A stretch of 64,000 nt of DNA from Nibricoccus sp. (GTDB lineage Bacteria > Verrucomicrobiota > Verrucomicrobiia > Opitutales > Opitutaceae): contig JASGHG010000001.1 in assembly GCA_047602425.1 (NCBI GenBank), forward strand, positions 2,432,001 through 2,496,000, read 5' to 3'. The position numbers were made by a program, and so were the translations under genes. Positions within the stretch are counted from its first letter, which is position 1; each line of letters starts with the position of its first letter. Below the pieces are notes generated by a model, which was given only the letters and a program-made list of their open reading frames with translations, made no database searches and was not told where the DNA came from. Shown here piece after piece: positions 17,332 to 27,458 of the stretch.

Positions 17332-19436
17332 GCGCTGAAATCCGTTCTCCCGCGGCCCCGCGCACGCCGGTTTACGCTTTTGTCGGAAATCCGAATTGCG
17401 GCAAAAGCACGCTCTTTAACGCACTCACAGGACTAAAACAGAAGGTCGGCAACTATCCGGGAGTCACCGTTGAGAAGAAGATCGGCGAGACGTATTCACA
17501 ACATGGGCACCCGATAAAAATCATCGATCTGCCGGGCGCGTATTCGCTCGCGGCGCGTTCGCCGGACGAAGCAGTTTTGCGCGACGTGCTGCTCGGGCGC
17601 CGCGCCGATACGCCGCAGCCGGATCGCGTTGTCTGTATTCTCGATGCCTCGAATCTGGAGCGAAACCTTTATCTTGTTCACCAGATTCTCGATCTGGGAA
17701 AACCGGTGATTCTGGCGCTGAACATGATGGATCTCGCGGCGAAAGCCGGACTCGAAATTCGCATTGCGCGACTCGAAAAAGCCCTCGGTATTCCGGTGAT
17801 TCCCTGCGAAGCGGCCAACGGAAAGGGCATCGTGGAATTGCGTCTCGCGATGAGCCGCAACGACCTGCCGCTGGCGAAGCACGCGTGGGAAATTCCCGCC
17901 CCGATTGCGCCAGCGGTTTCCGAACTAGCTGCCAGTCTCCAAGAAAACGACGGCAAGGCGCCGCTGAGCGCGCGTGCCGAGGCCTTGTTGTTGCTGACTG
18001 ACCAGGACACCGTGCGTGTGACAGGTTCGACGCCGTTGCATCCACGCACCAGCGAGATTTTTCGGGGCTGGCAAAAGCGTTGGGAAAAGGAAGGCACCGA
18101 CTGGGCCGGCACGCTGGTCGGCAGTCGTTACGATGCGATCACCGAGCTTTGCAATCGCGTGATCGAGCGCAAAGCGAACCTCGGTCCAAGCCTAAGCGAT
18201 CGTATTGACCAAGTGGTGACGCATCCGGTCTGGGGCTGGATGTCGCTGGCGGCGATCATGACGCTGCTTTTCCTGTCAATTTTCACGCTGGCGGAGTACC
18301 CGATGAACTTCATCGACAGTCACATCGCGGCGCTGGCCGACTGGGTAAAACATACGATGGCCGAAGGCGACCTGCGCGATTTGATCACCGACGGTGCGAT
18401 TGCCGGCGTGGGCGGTGTGCTGGTGTTTCTGCCGCAGATTTTGATTTTGTTTCTGTTTATTGGTTTGCTGGAAAGCACGGGCTACATGGCGCGCGCGGCT
18501 TTTATTATGGACCGGCTGATGAGCCGCGTTGGCTTGAACGGCCGGAGTTTCATCCCGTTGCTCAGCTCCTATGCCTGCGCGATTCCGGGCATCATGGCAA
18601 CCCGAACCATTGAAGACCAGAAAGACCGCCTGACCACGATCCTCGTTGCGCCGCTGATGAGCTGTTCGGCGCGTTTGCCGGTGTATCTGCTGATGATGGC
18701 TGCACTGGTGCCCGGCGAACGCGTGCCGCTGCTGACCAAGGTGGGCATCATGCTGCTCATGTATGGGCTCGGCACGTGCGGCGCCTTTGGCTTTGCCTGG
18801 CTTTTCAAGCGCACGCTGCTCAAAGGCGAACCACCGCTCATGATCATGGAGCTGCCGCCCTATCGGCTGCCGCGCATACGCGACATCGCGTTTCACATGG
18901 TGGAACGCGCGTGGATGTTTTTGAAAAACGCCGGCACGGTCATTCTTGCGATCTCGATCGTGCTGTGGTTCCTGGCGGCGTATCCAAAAGCTCACGACGG
19001 TGCGACACCGACGCAGCAGCTCGAACAAAGTTTTGCCGGAAAGGCTGGACATGCACTTGAACCGGTGATCCGACCGATCGGGTTCGACTGGCAAATTGGC
19101 ATTGGCCTGATCAGTTCGCTGGCGGCGCGCGAGGTTTTTGTAAGCACGATGGGTGTCGTTTTCAACGCCGAGGGAAGTGACGAAGACACCACGCCGCTGC
19201 GTCAATCAATGGCCAAGGCAAAATGGCCGGATGGGCGGCCGCTGTTTACCCCGCTTGTTTGCGTTACGCTGATGGTCTTCTATGTTTTCGCCATGCAGTG
19301 CATGAGCACATTGGCTGTGGTGAAGCGCGAAACGAATTCGTGGCGCTGGCCCTTGTTTCAATTGGTGTACATGACGGGCACGGCCTGGGTCGTCTGCCTG
19401 ATCGTATACCAAACCGGCCGCGCACTCGGTTTTTAA
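17328..19436 (+). CDS. feoB: Ferrous iron transport protein B
   Basis: GNPNCGKST, VGNYPGVTVE, DLPGAYS, GYMARAAF and MSCSARLP; multiple transmembrane helices. Confidence 0.97.
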   Translation: MSAEIRSPAAPRTPVYAFVGNPNCGKSTLFNALTGLKQKVGNYPGVTVEKKIGETYSQHGHPIKIIDLPGAYSLAARSPDEAVLRDVLLGRRADTPQPDRVVCILDASNLERNLYLVHQILDLGKPVILALNMMDLAAKAGLEIRIARLEKALGIPVIPCEAANGKGIVELRLAMSRNDLPLAKHAWEIPAPIAPAVSELAASLQENDGKAPLSARAEALLLLTDQDTVRVTGSTPLHPRTSEIFRGWQKRWEKEGTDWAGTLVGSRYDAITELCNRVIERKANLGPSLSDRIDQVVTHPVWGWMSLAAIMTLLFLSIFTLAEYPMNFIDSHIAALADWVKHTMAEGDLRDLITDGAIAGVGGVLVFLPQILILFLFIGLLESTGYMARAAFIMDRLMSRVGLNGRSFIPLLSSYACAIPGIMATRTIEDQKDRLTTILVAPLMSCSARLPVYLLMMAALVPGERVPLLTKVGIMLLMYGLGTCGAFGFAWLFKRTLLKGEPPLMIMELPPYRLPRIRDIAFHMVERAWMFLKNAGTVILAISIVLWFLAAYPKAHDGATPTQQLEQSFAGKAGHALEPVIRPIGFDWQIGIGLISSLAAREVFVSTMGVVFNAEGSDEDTTPLRQSMAKAKWPDGRPLFTPLVCVTLMVFYVFAMQCMSTLAVVKRETNSWRWPLFQLVYMTGTAWVVCLIVYQTGRALGF

Positions 19437-19445
19437 GGAAGATCG

Positions 19446-19598
19446 ATGTTCGACAACTGGCAAACTCCCATCGCGATCCTGGTCGTGCTACTCGCGCTCG
19501 CGGCGCTGGTGCGCGGCGCGATTTCTAAAAAGAAAAAGCCTGGCTGCGGCGGTGGCTGCTGTCCGACGGATAAATTCAAGGCCGGACTCAAGCACTGA
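19446..19598 (+). CDS. FeoB-associated Cys-rich small membrane protein (50 aa; absent from the ORF track)
   Basis: MFDNWQTPIAILVVLLALAALVRGAISKKKKPGCGGGCCPTDKFKAGLKH, preceded by an AGGAAG RBS directly after feoB. Confidence 0.85.
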   Translation: MFDNWQTPIAILVVLLALAALVRGAISKKKKPGCGGGCCPTDKFKAGLKH

Positions 19599-19625
19599 AG
19601 CCCGGATAAGGCTTCTTGCAATTGG

Positions 19626-20402
19626 TTATAGTCCCGGTGCGACCGCGAAACGCGTGAGGATGGGGGCGTTTTTTACGAGATCGTCCGAAAATTCTTCACG
19701 TTTCAGCATCGCGGCAAAAACCTCGAGGACTTGCGCCAACAGGCTGCCAAACGACCAACCCGCGTCGGCCTGACCTTTTGGCAGCTTAACTTTTTCGAGG
19801 TAGCGCAACCAATGCGCACGAGCCTGTGAGTCGAGCCGGGCACGGACTTCGGCAAAAACTTTTGGCGAAGTTTCAAAGAGAGCCGACAACTCAGAGAGCA
19901 AAGCGTCACGAAACTCGGCGGCTTTTTTCAGCGAACCCTGATCGCAAATCAGATTGATCCGGGCGAAGCGAAGGTGATAGCCGACCTCCCAAAGTTCCGG
20001 GCCACTGAAGCCAAGGCTGCGGGGACCTCCGCGCGGCCATTCGGTGCGACCGCTCAAGTGATCTTCAAGCAGCGCCAGTATGATCTGTTTTTGCAGGGCC
20101 AAATAATGCCGGGCGTGAAGAGCGCTTAATGCTTCACCGAACCGGCTGCAAAAACTATTCGGACCGAAGGCGCTGCTCGCGATCCAGAAAAGAGCCTGCT
20201 CGTCCTGAGCCTGGTCGATTTTCGCGAGCACGCGGCGAAATTCATAAGTGGCGTAGCCGGCCGCGGATTCGTCGGCCGGCATTTGTGGCACGGGGGATAA
20301 ATGAAGCGCCGCTTCCTCATAAGGATCGTTGCTTTGGACCGACGCGACCAAGCGACCGATGCTATCATTCTCCGAGGAGTTCTGTACGTTCTTCTTAAGC
20401 AC
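19626..20402 (-). CDS. Hypothetical protein
   Basis: 258-aa ORF filling the gap; no recognised motif. Confidence 0.6.
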   Translation of the reverse strand: MLKKNVQNSSENDSIGRLVASVQSNDPYEEAALHLSPVPQMPADESAAGYATYEFRRVLAKIDQAQDEQALFWIASSAFGPNSFCSRFGEALSALHARHYLALQKQIILALLEDHLSGRTEWPRGGPRSLGFSGPELWEVGYHLRFARINLICDQGSLKKAAEFRDALLSELSALFETSPKVFAEVRARLDSQARAHWLRYLEKVKLPKGQADAGWSFGSLLAQVLEVFAAMLKREEFSDDLVKNAPILTRFAVAPGL

Positions 20403-20627
20403 GACAAAATCCTTGGTGAACTTTAGAAATGGAAATTCCTCCCACGCAAATCATGTGCGAAAATTAGGAGGCCGCTGAAAAGCGGACAAGGGCAAAATAC
20501 GATTAAGGACGATGGCTCTGCGAGCCGTCTGCCATGCAAAGTGTTCGGACGTTTTTTTGCCGCCGTTTATTCCAATATAATAGTTTGGTTTGTATAAACG
20601 CCGCAAAAGGAAGCCATGCCCCGTCGC

Positions 20628-21083
20628 TTATTCGGGCTGATATTTTGCGCGTTCGATGCCGAACCAGTTGGAAAGAAGCTTTCGTTGTGCCGGTGTCAAC
20701 CGGGCAGCGGGATGGGCGAGTTTGTAGGATGCGAGCGGCATCTCGCCTTCGGAAACCTCGTCGGCGCACTGTTCGAGTTTTTGCGCGGCGCGTTTGGGCG
20801 AGAGCTCGCCAAGGGTTGAAAAATTAAGATGACTTTTGCCCTCTTTTACATGGTGTGCGATCCACCAGCCAAAAGGCTGAACCTCGGTATACCATGGATA
20901 CCGTGTTTGGTTGGAGTGACAGTCATAACAGGTATTTACGAGCAGCTGTTTAATGCCGGGATCGGGGTCGGTGCGGACGATCAAGTCGTTGGGACCGGGG
21001 GGCAGGCCCTGATCTTTCGCCGGTCGCAGCAGCTGAATGGCCAAAAAAAGCACAAGCAGACCGATCAGGACTTTTTTCCACAT
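20628..21083 (-). CDS. Heme-binding domain protein (c-type cytochrome, Haem_bd family)
   Basis: Signal anchor; CYDCHSNQTRYPWY; HLNFS; EMPLASY. Confidence 0.9.
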   Translation of the reverse strand: MWKKVLIGLLVLFLAIQLLRPAKDQGLPPGPNDLIVRTDPDPGIKQLLVNTCYDCHSNQTRYPWYTEVQPFGWWIAHHVKEGKSHLNFSTLGELSPKRAAQKLEQCADEVSEGEMPLASYKLAHPAARLTPAQRKLLSNWFGIERAKYQPE

Positions 21084-21357
21084 GATGACCGACGTTCATG
21101 ATTTTTGCCGTGAGGGCAACTTTTCTGGTGGGCTTTGACAGCTGACCGTTGGATTTCGAAGGAGAAAAGAACCGCGGTGGTCCCCATTTGCCCGCCCCTT
21201 AAAAATACGTTGTTTCTGACCAAATTTGCAGGCGCCCGATATCCTCCAACGATCGCCAAAGGAGGATTATCCCTATCGGATGGTTTGTAACGTAATACGT
21301 GACAAACTGGATTGGCCGAAGAAACAAATCCTATCGGAAATTCGCAGATAACACGAC

Positions 21358-21387
21358 TCCCACAAACACCCGTTCGTGTTTGTGGGA
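21358..21387. terminator. 12-bp hairpin downstream of PEPCK (terminator or repeat)
   Basis: TCCCACAAACAC-CCGTTC-GTGTTTGTGGGA; no clear U-tract. Confidence 0.45.
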
Positions 21388-21424
21388 TAGATGTTGGTCG
21401 CGGTGCTGAAGTTTTTGCGCGGCC

Positions 21425-24400
21425 TCAGGTGGTCAGCGGTTGCACGCCGAGGGTGCCTTCGAGTTTGTCGCGGTAGGCGGGGGACTCGATGGCGCCGAGC
21501 TTGGATTTGGCGTGGGTCAGGCGATTGGTTAAGTTGAGGCGTGCGACCGTATCGGCGAAGCTCGGACGATCGAGGTAGGCCTCAAGATACGAAATGTGGC
21601 GCTTCCAGAGCTGGGCTTCGATCTTCTGCTTCGCGTCAAGCCGTTCCTTGTACCAAGGACTGACGAGGAGGCTGTCGCGGGTGAAGAGCGCGCGGATTTC
21701 GGGCGAGTTGAGGCCTTTGCCTTCGTAGTGGCCGTAGGCCATGATGTGGAGCAGGGCCCGGAGTGGAGGGCAGGCGAGGGCAATGCCGCCGTCGGCAAAA
21801 TAACTTTCCGCGACGCGTTTGTGGGTGGCGCAGATGTTATCCATGCCGTCGACGAAAACCTCCATGCCCTGGAGTTCGGGTTTGAGCATTTCGTCGGTGA
21901 AGACGACGTGCGGATGGTTGAAGACGCGGCCGAAATAAACGCGGACGAAGCGGGTGGTGATGCGGTAGCCGAGCCGGCTGGCGAGGATCGGTTTGCCGTC
22001 GTAGGTGAAGTCCGAGCATTTCTCCAGGCTGCCATCGGCGATGAGAGTGCGGGCGTCGCGCTCCGCGGGCGTCATGCGCGAAAACACCTCGGGGACGAGC
22101 AGGCTGACGTCGTGGTCAACCCGAACCTTTGGACCGACGTAACCGGCGGCGGAAAGGAAAATGTCGTGACCGGTGAGGATGAGCGAGATGAGGGCGGCGT
22201 TGAGATCGATGACGGGCGGCAGGGCGTTGAAGGGACCTTTGGTCAGGGCGCCTTCGGAGCCGGCACCGGTGGTCGAGGGCGATTTACCGGTCATGCTGCT
22301 GACGAACTCCATGAACGCTTCGGGCAATTCCATGTAATGGATCGGCCCGAAGACAGCGAGGGAGCGGATGCCTTTTTCCGGCGGGTTGTTGCGGCGGCCG
22401 GGGACGACGATGCTGACCGGCGTGTGGACGGGTTCGTCGGAATTGATGCAGCGATGGAGTCGCGCGGAAACCTCGGCAAGATAAGTGCCCTTGCAATCGG
22501 TGATGTCGGGCCGGACTTGGAGATAGCGAGGGTTTTTGGTCGGTTTGCCGTCGACGATGCGGGGGTGCGCGGAGGAGACGAAGTACTTCGGCGAAGAACC
22601 GTTGGCCTCGGCGGCGGCCTTGATGAGCTGTCGCATCGGGGCGGTGTAGGCGTTGAAACCAATGGCGTCCTCAATGATTTCGCGGGCGCTGTCTCCGTTG
22701 AGTGGTTCGTAGTTGGAGAGGAACGTGCCGGGCGAAGCCATATCGGCTTCGGCCTGGTGGTCATAGCCGCGATGGATGGCGTCATCGGGGCGCTGGAAGA
22801 GCCGGGCCTCGCAGTTTTCCACGAATTTTAGCGATGGCGCGAGGGTCGGCATCGGGATGCTCGGGCGGGAGGCCACATTTTGTGCGGGGGCCACGACGGA
22901 GGCGGTGATGTCGTCTTCGCGCTGCACCTTGGCCGCGGGATGAAAGTCGGAGCGCAGTCCGAAAACGCGCCAGGAGCCGTCTTCCTCGAAGCCGACGCGG
23001 AGGAAGCTGGAGACGAGCTTGCGGCCGTGGAGTTTGAGTTCGTTGCCCAAGCGACCATTGATGGTATCGACCGAGAAATGATGGAGCCAGGCGTCGGCCC
23101 AATCGGGCTGGTAGTAGCGCTTGAGGACGAAAACGAGTTCCTTGATGTACTGCGGAATAGCGGCGAGCCAGGAGTTATATTCCTCGGAATATTCGCGTCG
23201 CGACGGCGTAAGGAGTTTGATCACACTGCCCAGCGAACGCTCAGCGCTAAGAATGGGGCGCTTGTCCTTGCCGTTGCGCGACGGATCGCGGAAGCGGTTG
23301 GAGGTATCGCGATTCAGGATGGCCTGAACCTGGTCAAAGTCGCGATCAAAGTCGGAAACGAAGACGTGGCCGGGGAAAATCGCGTAGGCGATCGCCTTGG
23401 AAATTTCAGACTTGCCGCCGCCGGATACCGTACAGGGCTTGTGGCAAAGCGTGCCTTCGGGGACGGTGCCGACGAGGCGCCAGCGGCCTTTTTCACCGGG
23501 GATCGGTTCCATGTGAACGCGGTAACCGCTCGGGCGAACATAGGTTTTGTCGGCGAGAAGCTTGAGGCTGTGGGTTTTTCCGTTGGGTCCGGGCCAGACA
23601 ATGGTCTGTTTGCGCAGATCGAAACGCGTGTCTTCGCGAACGTAGATAACATCGGGGTGTTGGCGGTCGATCGCGTAGCCCTCGGGCATGAGCTGAATGC
23701 GGTCGCCGAGGCGTGCGGCGGCATCGGCGAAGGAGAACTCGCGAGTCGTCGGATAACGGACAAAGGTTTCGCCAAGATCGTAACTGGGATACACGAGGGC
23801 GCCGCCAGCATGTTCCTCTTCGACCAGACCGTAGAGATTGGCGGAGAAGCTGACCTGGGTCTTAACCTCTTTCTTGCAGTAACCGAAGTAATTGTCGGCG
23901 ATGATGGTAACCATCACACCCCGGGCATCGCGGGCGGTGAGTTTGAACGCAGAGCCGTTGTTGTAGAGCTCAGTTTCGTCTTTCCAACACATGCCATCGC
24001 GACGCTGGCGCGGCGTGGCGAGATCGTAGTGCGGAAGCCCCGCGAGATGTTTTGGCACCGATGTGAGATGCGGCGCGAGGATGACGCAGCCGGTGTGACC
24101 GGTCCAGTGGTCGACATCGAGGCCGGCGTCGTTTTCGGGAAGATAGGGATCACCGGCGTTGCCGAAAATGGATTCGACGAAATCGAGATTGGCGACGAGC
24201 GAGCCGGGCGCGAGGAAACGGATTTCCATGCGTTTTTCCTCGATGAAACCAGGGACATCGGGGCAAACGAGCGGACGCAAAAGCAGCGAGACAAAACACT
24301 CGGCTTGTTCAGCACGACCCGCGGTGAAGGGCAGGCGCTGGAGCTCGCGAGGCGGATGGAGCGCGATATCGAGCATCTTCGCGTAGGCGTTTTTCGGAAC

Positions 24401-24889
24401 GGCGAGTTTGTCGTCGGGGACCGGAAGGCCGCCTTCGGCGATGTGGAAAACACCCTGGGTGGTCCGGCGGTCATTGACGGGGTTGTGCAGAACGCCTTGG
24501 CGAATGCGGTAGCTTTTTAGGAGCGCGGAATTGAACTCATCTCCTTCGGCGGGGAGGGAAAGCGTGCGCGCAAGGCCGGCCTCATCGAGGATGAACGTGC
24601 GGGCGGGGAGGCGGGGGGAGGGGCCGATGTCCGAGAGGTAAGCTTCGAGCCAAGCCTGGATGCGTTGGTCAGCGGGGCTCAGCGGATCGATCAGCTGGCG
24701 TGTCGTTTCGCGGTAGCGCGAAAAAATGGGCGCGGTGAGCGTGGTCCAAGCAGCGCCTTCTGCGTCGGATACGGTCGGGCAACCGAGGAGGGCAAGACGC
24801 AGATTGATCGCGTGGCGGAGCTTGTCGGAGGGTTGTTCAGCGGAAGGAGTGAGCATGGAAGGAGAGGAAAGTTGGCGGCGTGAATCCAT
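21425..24889 (-). CDS. PPi-dependent phosphoenolpyruvate carboxykinase (PPi-PEPCK)
   Basis: ~1150 aa with QGVLHNP..DRRTTQGVFH, ADNYFGYCKKEVKTQ, EEEHAGGA, HKPCTVSGGGKSEISK and GKSPSTTGAGSEGALTKGPFN. The start may be at 24856. Confidence 0.85.
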   Translation of the reverse strand: MDSRRQLSSPSMLTPSAEQPSDKLRHAINLRLALLGCPTVSDAEGAAWTTLTAPIFSRYRETTRQLIDPLSPADQRIQAWLEAYLSDIGPSPRLPARTFILDEAGLARTLSLPAEGDEFNSALLKSYRIRQGVLHNPVNDRRTTQGVFHIAEGGLPVPDDKLAVPKNAYAKMLDIALHPPRELQRLPFTAGRAEQAECFVSLLLRPLVCPDVPGFIEEKRMEIRFLAPGSLVANLDFVESIFGNAGDPYLPENDAGLDVDHWTGHTGCVILAPHLTSVPKHLAGLPHYDLATPRQRRDGMCWKDETELYNNGSAFKLTARDARGVMVTIIADNYFGYCKKEVKTQVSFSANLYGLVEEEHAGGALVYPSYDLGETFVRYPTTREFSFADAAARLGDRIQLMPEGYAIDRQHPDVIYVREDTRFDLRKQTIVWPGPNGKTHSLKLLADKTYVRPSGYRVHMEPIPGEKGRWRLVGTVPEGTLCHKPCTVSGGGKSEISKAIAYAIFPGHVFVSDFDRDFDQVQAILNRDTSNRFRDPSRNGKDKRPILSAERSLGSVIKLLTPSRREYSEEYNSWLAAIPQYIKELVFVLKRYYQPDWADAWLHHFSVDTINGRLGNELKLHGRKLVSSFLRVGFEEDGSWRVFGLRSDFHPAAKVQREDDITASVVAPAQNVASRPSIPMPTLAPSLKFVENCEARLFQRPDDAIHRGYDHQAEADMASPGTFLSNYEPLNGDSAREIIEDAIGFNAYTAPMRQLIKAAAEANGSSPKYFVSSAHPRIVDGKPTKNPRYLQVRPDITDCKGTYLAEVSARLHRCINSDEPVHTPVSIVVPGRRNNPPEKGIRSLAVFGPIHYMELPEAFMEFVSSMTGKSPSTTGAGSEGALTKGPFNALPPVIDLNAALISLILTGHDIFLSAAGYVGPKVRVDHDVSLLVPEVFSRMTPAERDARTLIADGSLEKCSDFTYDGKPILASRLGYRITTRFVRVYFGRVFNHPHVVFTDEMLKPELQGMEVFVDGMDNICATHKRVAESYFADGGIALACPPLRALLHIMAYGHYEGKGLNSPEIRALFTRDSLLVSPWYKERLDAKQKIEAQLWKRHISYLEAYLDRPSFADTVARLNLTNRLTHAKSKLGAIESPAYRDKLEGTLGVQPLTT

Positions 24890-25102
24890 TGGGACTCAGA
24901 TACCTTTTTTTATCAGCCATTGAAGTACAATGGGCAATGCAAGGATTTGAAAATGGTGAATCTCCATGAGTGACGAGAGTTTCCGTAGGCTGACGTTTTA
25001 GCAAAACCGCGCTCATGAGCGGACACGTGTAGAAAATTGGGCGTAATTTTCCATAGGAGAGGTGGTTGCGGTAGTTGTTGGACTCGGTCTGTTGGTTGCC
25101 CA

Positions 25103-26125
25103 ATGACCGACTCGATCACGCTCTTCCCGCTCGCGCAGTATTGGTGGTTTTATGGAGTTTTCACGCTGTTTGTCGTGGCGGTTCTTGCGCTGGATCTCGG
25201 CGTGTTTCATCGGAAGGCACATGAAGTGAGTTTTCGCGAAGCGGCGACCTGGTCGGTGGTGTGGGTGGCGTTGGCCCTGCTTTTTTGCGCGGGCCTCTAC
25301 TATTATAGTGTGTGGGCATTTGCGCGCGACCCCCGGCTGGTCGCGATCGAGGGTTTTGACGCGACAGCGGCGGCGCGGCAGGTGGGTTTGGAGTTTCTCA
25401 CCGGATATCTGATCGAGGAAACGCTTTCGGTGGATAACATATTCATTTTTGCCGTAGTGTTTAACTATTTTGCGATTCCGCGCATGTACCAGCATCGCGT
25501 GCTGTTTTTCGGGATCTTGGGAGCGATTGTTTTTCGCGTACTGTTTATCGCGCTGGGCGCGGCGCTGATGCGGTTCCACGCGGTGATCTGGATCTTTGGC
25601 GGATTCTTGGTCGTGACGGGCCTGAAATTGCTATTGGCGCCCGAAAAACCGATCGAGCCTGAGAAGAATTTCGTGATCAGACTACTGCGGCGCGTGCTTC
25701 CGGTGACGCCCGCCTTGGATGGGCAGAAATTTTTCGTGAGAAAGGACAGTCTGTTGCACGCGACGCCGCTCTTTGTATGTTTGGTGCTGTTGGAGATGAC
25801 GGATATCGTTTTCGCAATCGATTCGGTGCCGGCGATCTTTGCGATCACCAAGGAGCCGCTGATCGTTTTCACCTCGAACATTTTTGCGATTCTCGGATTG
25901 CGCGCCATGTTCTTCCTGCTCGCGGGCGTGATGCACCGCTTTTACCTGCTTAAATATGGACTGGGCGTGATTCTGATATTCGTGGGCCTCAAAATGGCGT
26001 GGCTCAACGAGGCCTTTGGCGGCAAATTTCCGATCGGCTGGTCGCTCGGAATTATTGGCGGTGTGCTCGCGGTTTCGGTTGCCGCGTCACTGCTCTGGCC
26101 GGCGTCGTCTCACGGGAAGAAATAA
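25103..26125 (+). CDS. TerC/Alx family membrane protein
   Basis: EFLTGYLIEETLSVDNIF, YQHRVLFFGILGA, DIVFAIDSVPAIFAIT and SNIFAILGLR. Confidence 0.92.
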   Translation: MTDSITLFPLAQYWWFYGVFTLFVVAVLALDLGVFHRKAHEVSFREAATWSVVWVALALLFCAGLYYYSVWAFARDPRLVAIEGFDATAAARQVGLEFLTGYLIEETLSVDNIFIFAVVFNYFAIPRMYQHRVLFFGILGAIVFRVLFIALGAALMRFHAVIWIFGGFLVVTGLKLLLAPEKPIEPEKNFVIRLLRRVLPVTPALDGQKFFVRKDSLLHATPLFVCLVLLEMTDIVFAIDSVPAIFAITKEPLIVFTSNIFAILGLRAMFFLLAGVMHRFYLLKYGLGVILIFVGLKMAWLNEAFGGKFPIGWSLGIIGGVLAVSVAASLLWPASSHGKK

Positions 26126-26781
26126 TGGCGCAGGGCCTGCATGGCTCTTTGCACCGATTCTCCCAGCAGAAAAAAATACGCGACGCCGGCCGCAAAGACA
26201 ACGTGTCCGGCCAGCACGAATAATCCGTCACGCTCCAAGAGCCCGCAGGCGAGGAGCATGATTGCCCACGCCGGGAAGGTGTTTGTGAAAGGGATCGGCA
26301 GCGGCAGCAGGAGGGCGAGCCCTGCGAGGCAGATCGCAAGCGCGTGCAGGCGGCGGAGCACCTCCGTGTTCGTCAACGCGGGCCAGCGGGGCCGCAGCAT
26401 TTTCTCGAAAAACCCCACGATGCGTTGAGTGAACTTGATCAACTTTCCGAAAAATCCGGCGGGCAACTCCGTGCGCAGCAGTTTCTGCGGAAGCATGGGT
26501 TTGAGCCCCAGCGCAAGGCGCAGGCCAATGAACGCCACCACAAGTCCAAACGGTGTTGAAAGTCCGGGCAGCGGAATGGGTGTGCAGAAGGGCAGGCCGA
26601 GCAAAACCAAGAGCAAGAGATAAGCTCTCCCTTGGAGAACTTCGATCACTTCCTGGAGTTGCACGGACCGCTCGGCGAACATTTCCTGCAGGCGGGCCAG
26701 TTCTTCGGACAGTTTTCGCGTTGGCGCGGAGGAGGGGTGGCCGCGGCTGGAATCGGGGTCAGGTGCCGCGTCGGTTACCAT
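26110..26781 (-). CDS. exoD: ExoD family exopolysaccharide synthesis membrane protein
   Basis: PIPLPGLSTPFG, LPIPFTNTFPA and LLERDG. Confidence 0.88.
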   Translation of the reverse strand: MVTDAAPDPDSSRGHPSSAPTRKLSEELARLQEMFAERSVQLQEVIEVLQGRAYLLLLVLLGLPFCTPIPLPGLSTPFGLVVAFIGLRLALGLKPMLPQKLLRTELPAGFFGKLIKFTQRIVGFFEKMLRPRWPALTNTEVLRRLHALAICLAGLALLLPLPIPFTNTFPAWAIMLLACGLLERDGLFVLAGHVVFAAGVAYFFLLGESVQRAMQALRHYFFP

Positions 26782-27451
26782 AGAGTTCGATGTGAAGACG
26801 CGGAGCGTAGCGATAGCCGCGGGTTTTGCAAAGTTCGCTCAACCAGCCCGCACGCGATTGTAACGCGGCCTGCGTCGTTCCCTCGGGCATAAGCAGAACT
26901 TTGGCGGGCGCAATCGGTTCGTTGAGTTCGCGGAGCAGCGATTCGATCTCATCCACGTCCGAGGCGGAGGCGACGACGAATTTCAATTGAAAGGGATGAT
27001 TTCGCACCCATGCGCGAATGACGTCGGGCTGCCAGCGCGTTTGTTCGTGACGTTCACGCCAGGCGGTGGGCAAGCGTCCGTCGGGAGCGGAATTGCTCAG
27101 CTTAGGACTCAGTGAAGCGAGGTCGCACGCGATGCCCTCCGGTGCCACGGTCGCCGCCGTTTCAATCGTGATATGATGGCCAAGTTTTTTGATTTCGGCG
27201 GCGAGTTGACGAATTTCGGCGGCGATCATCGGCTCGCCCCCAGTGAGAACGACGTGGCGCGCGGGATGGACGGAGATTTGTTCGAGGATTTGGTCGATGG
27301 AGAGTTGTTCCCCTTCGGGATTCCATGAGGCAAACGGCGTGTCGCACCAGTTGCAGCGTAAGTTGCATCCTGAGAGTCGCACGAAAACCGAAGGCACGCC
27401 GAGTAATTCGCCTTCGCCTTGCAGGGAATAAAAAATTTCGGAGACCAGCAT
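26759..27451 (-). CDS. queE: 7-carboxy-7-deazaguanine synthase (radical SAM)
   Basis: SEIFYSLQGEG..FVRLSGCNLRCNWCDT, LTGGEP and LSPKL; adjacent to queC. Confidence 0.92.
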   Translation of the reverse strand: MLVSEIFYSLQGEGELLGVPSVFVRLSGCNLRCNWCDTPFASWNPEGEQLSIDQILEQISVHPARHVVLTGGEPMIAAEIRQLAAEIKKLGHHITIETAATVAPEGIACDLASLSPKLSNSAPDGRLPTAWRERHEQTRWQPDVIRAWVRNHPFQLKFVVASASDVDEIESLLRELNEPIAPAKVLLMPEGTTQAALQSRAGWLSELCKTRGYRYAPRLHIELYGNRRGT

Positions 27452-27458
27452 CGCGGAG

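Noticed and set aside
24890..25102. Possible yybP-ykoY (Mn) riboswitch upstream of terC/alx
   Set aside because: I could not find the conserved motifs or the four-way junction by eye; cmscan would settle it.
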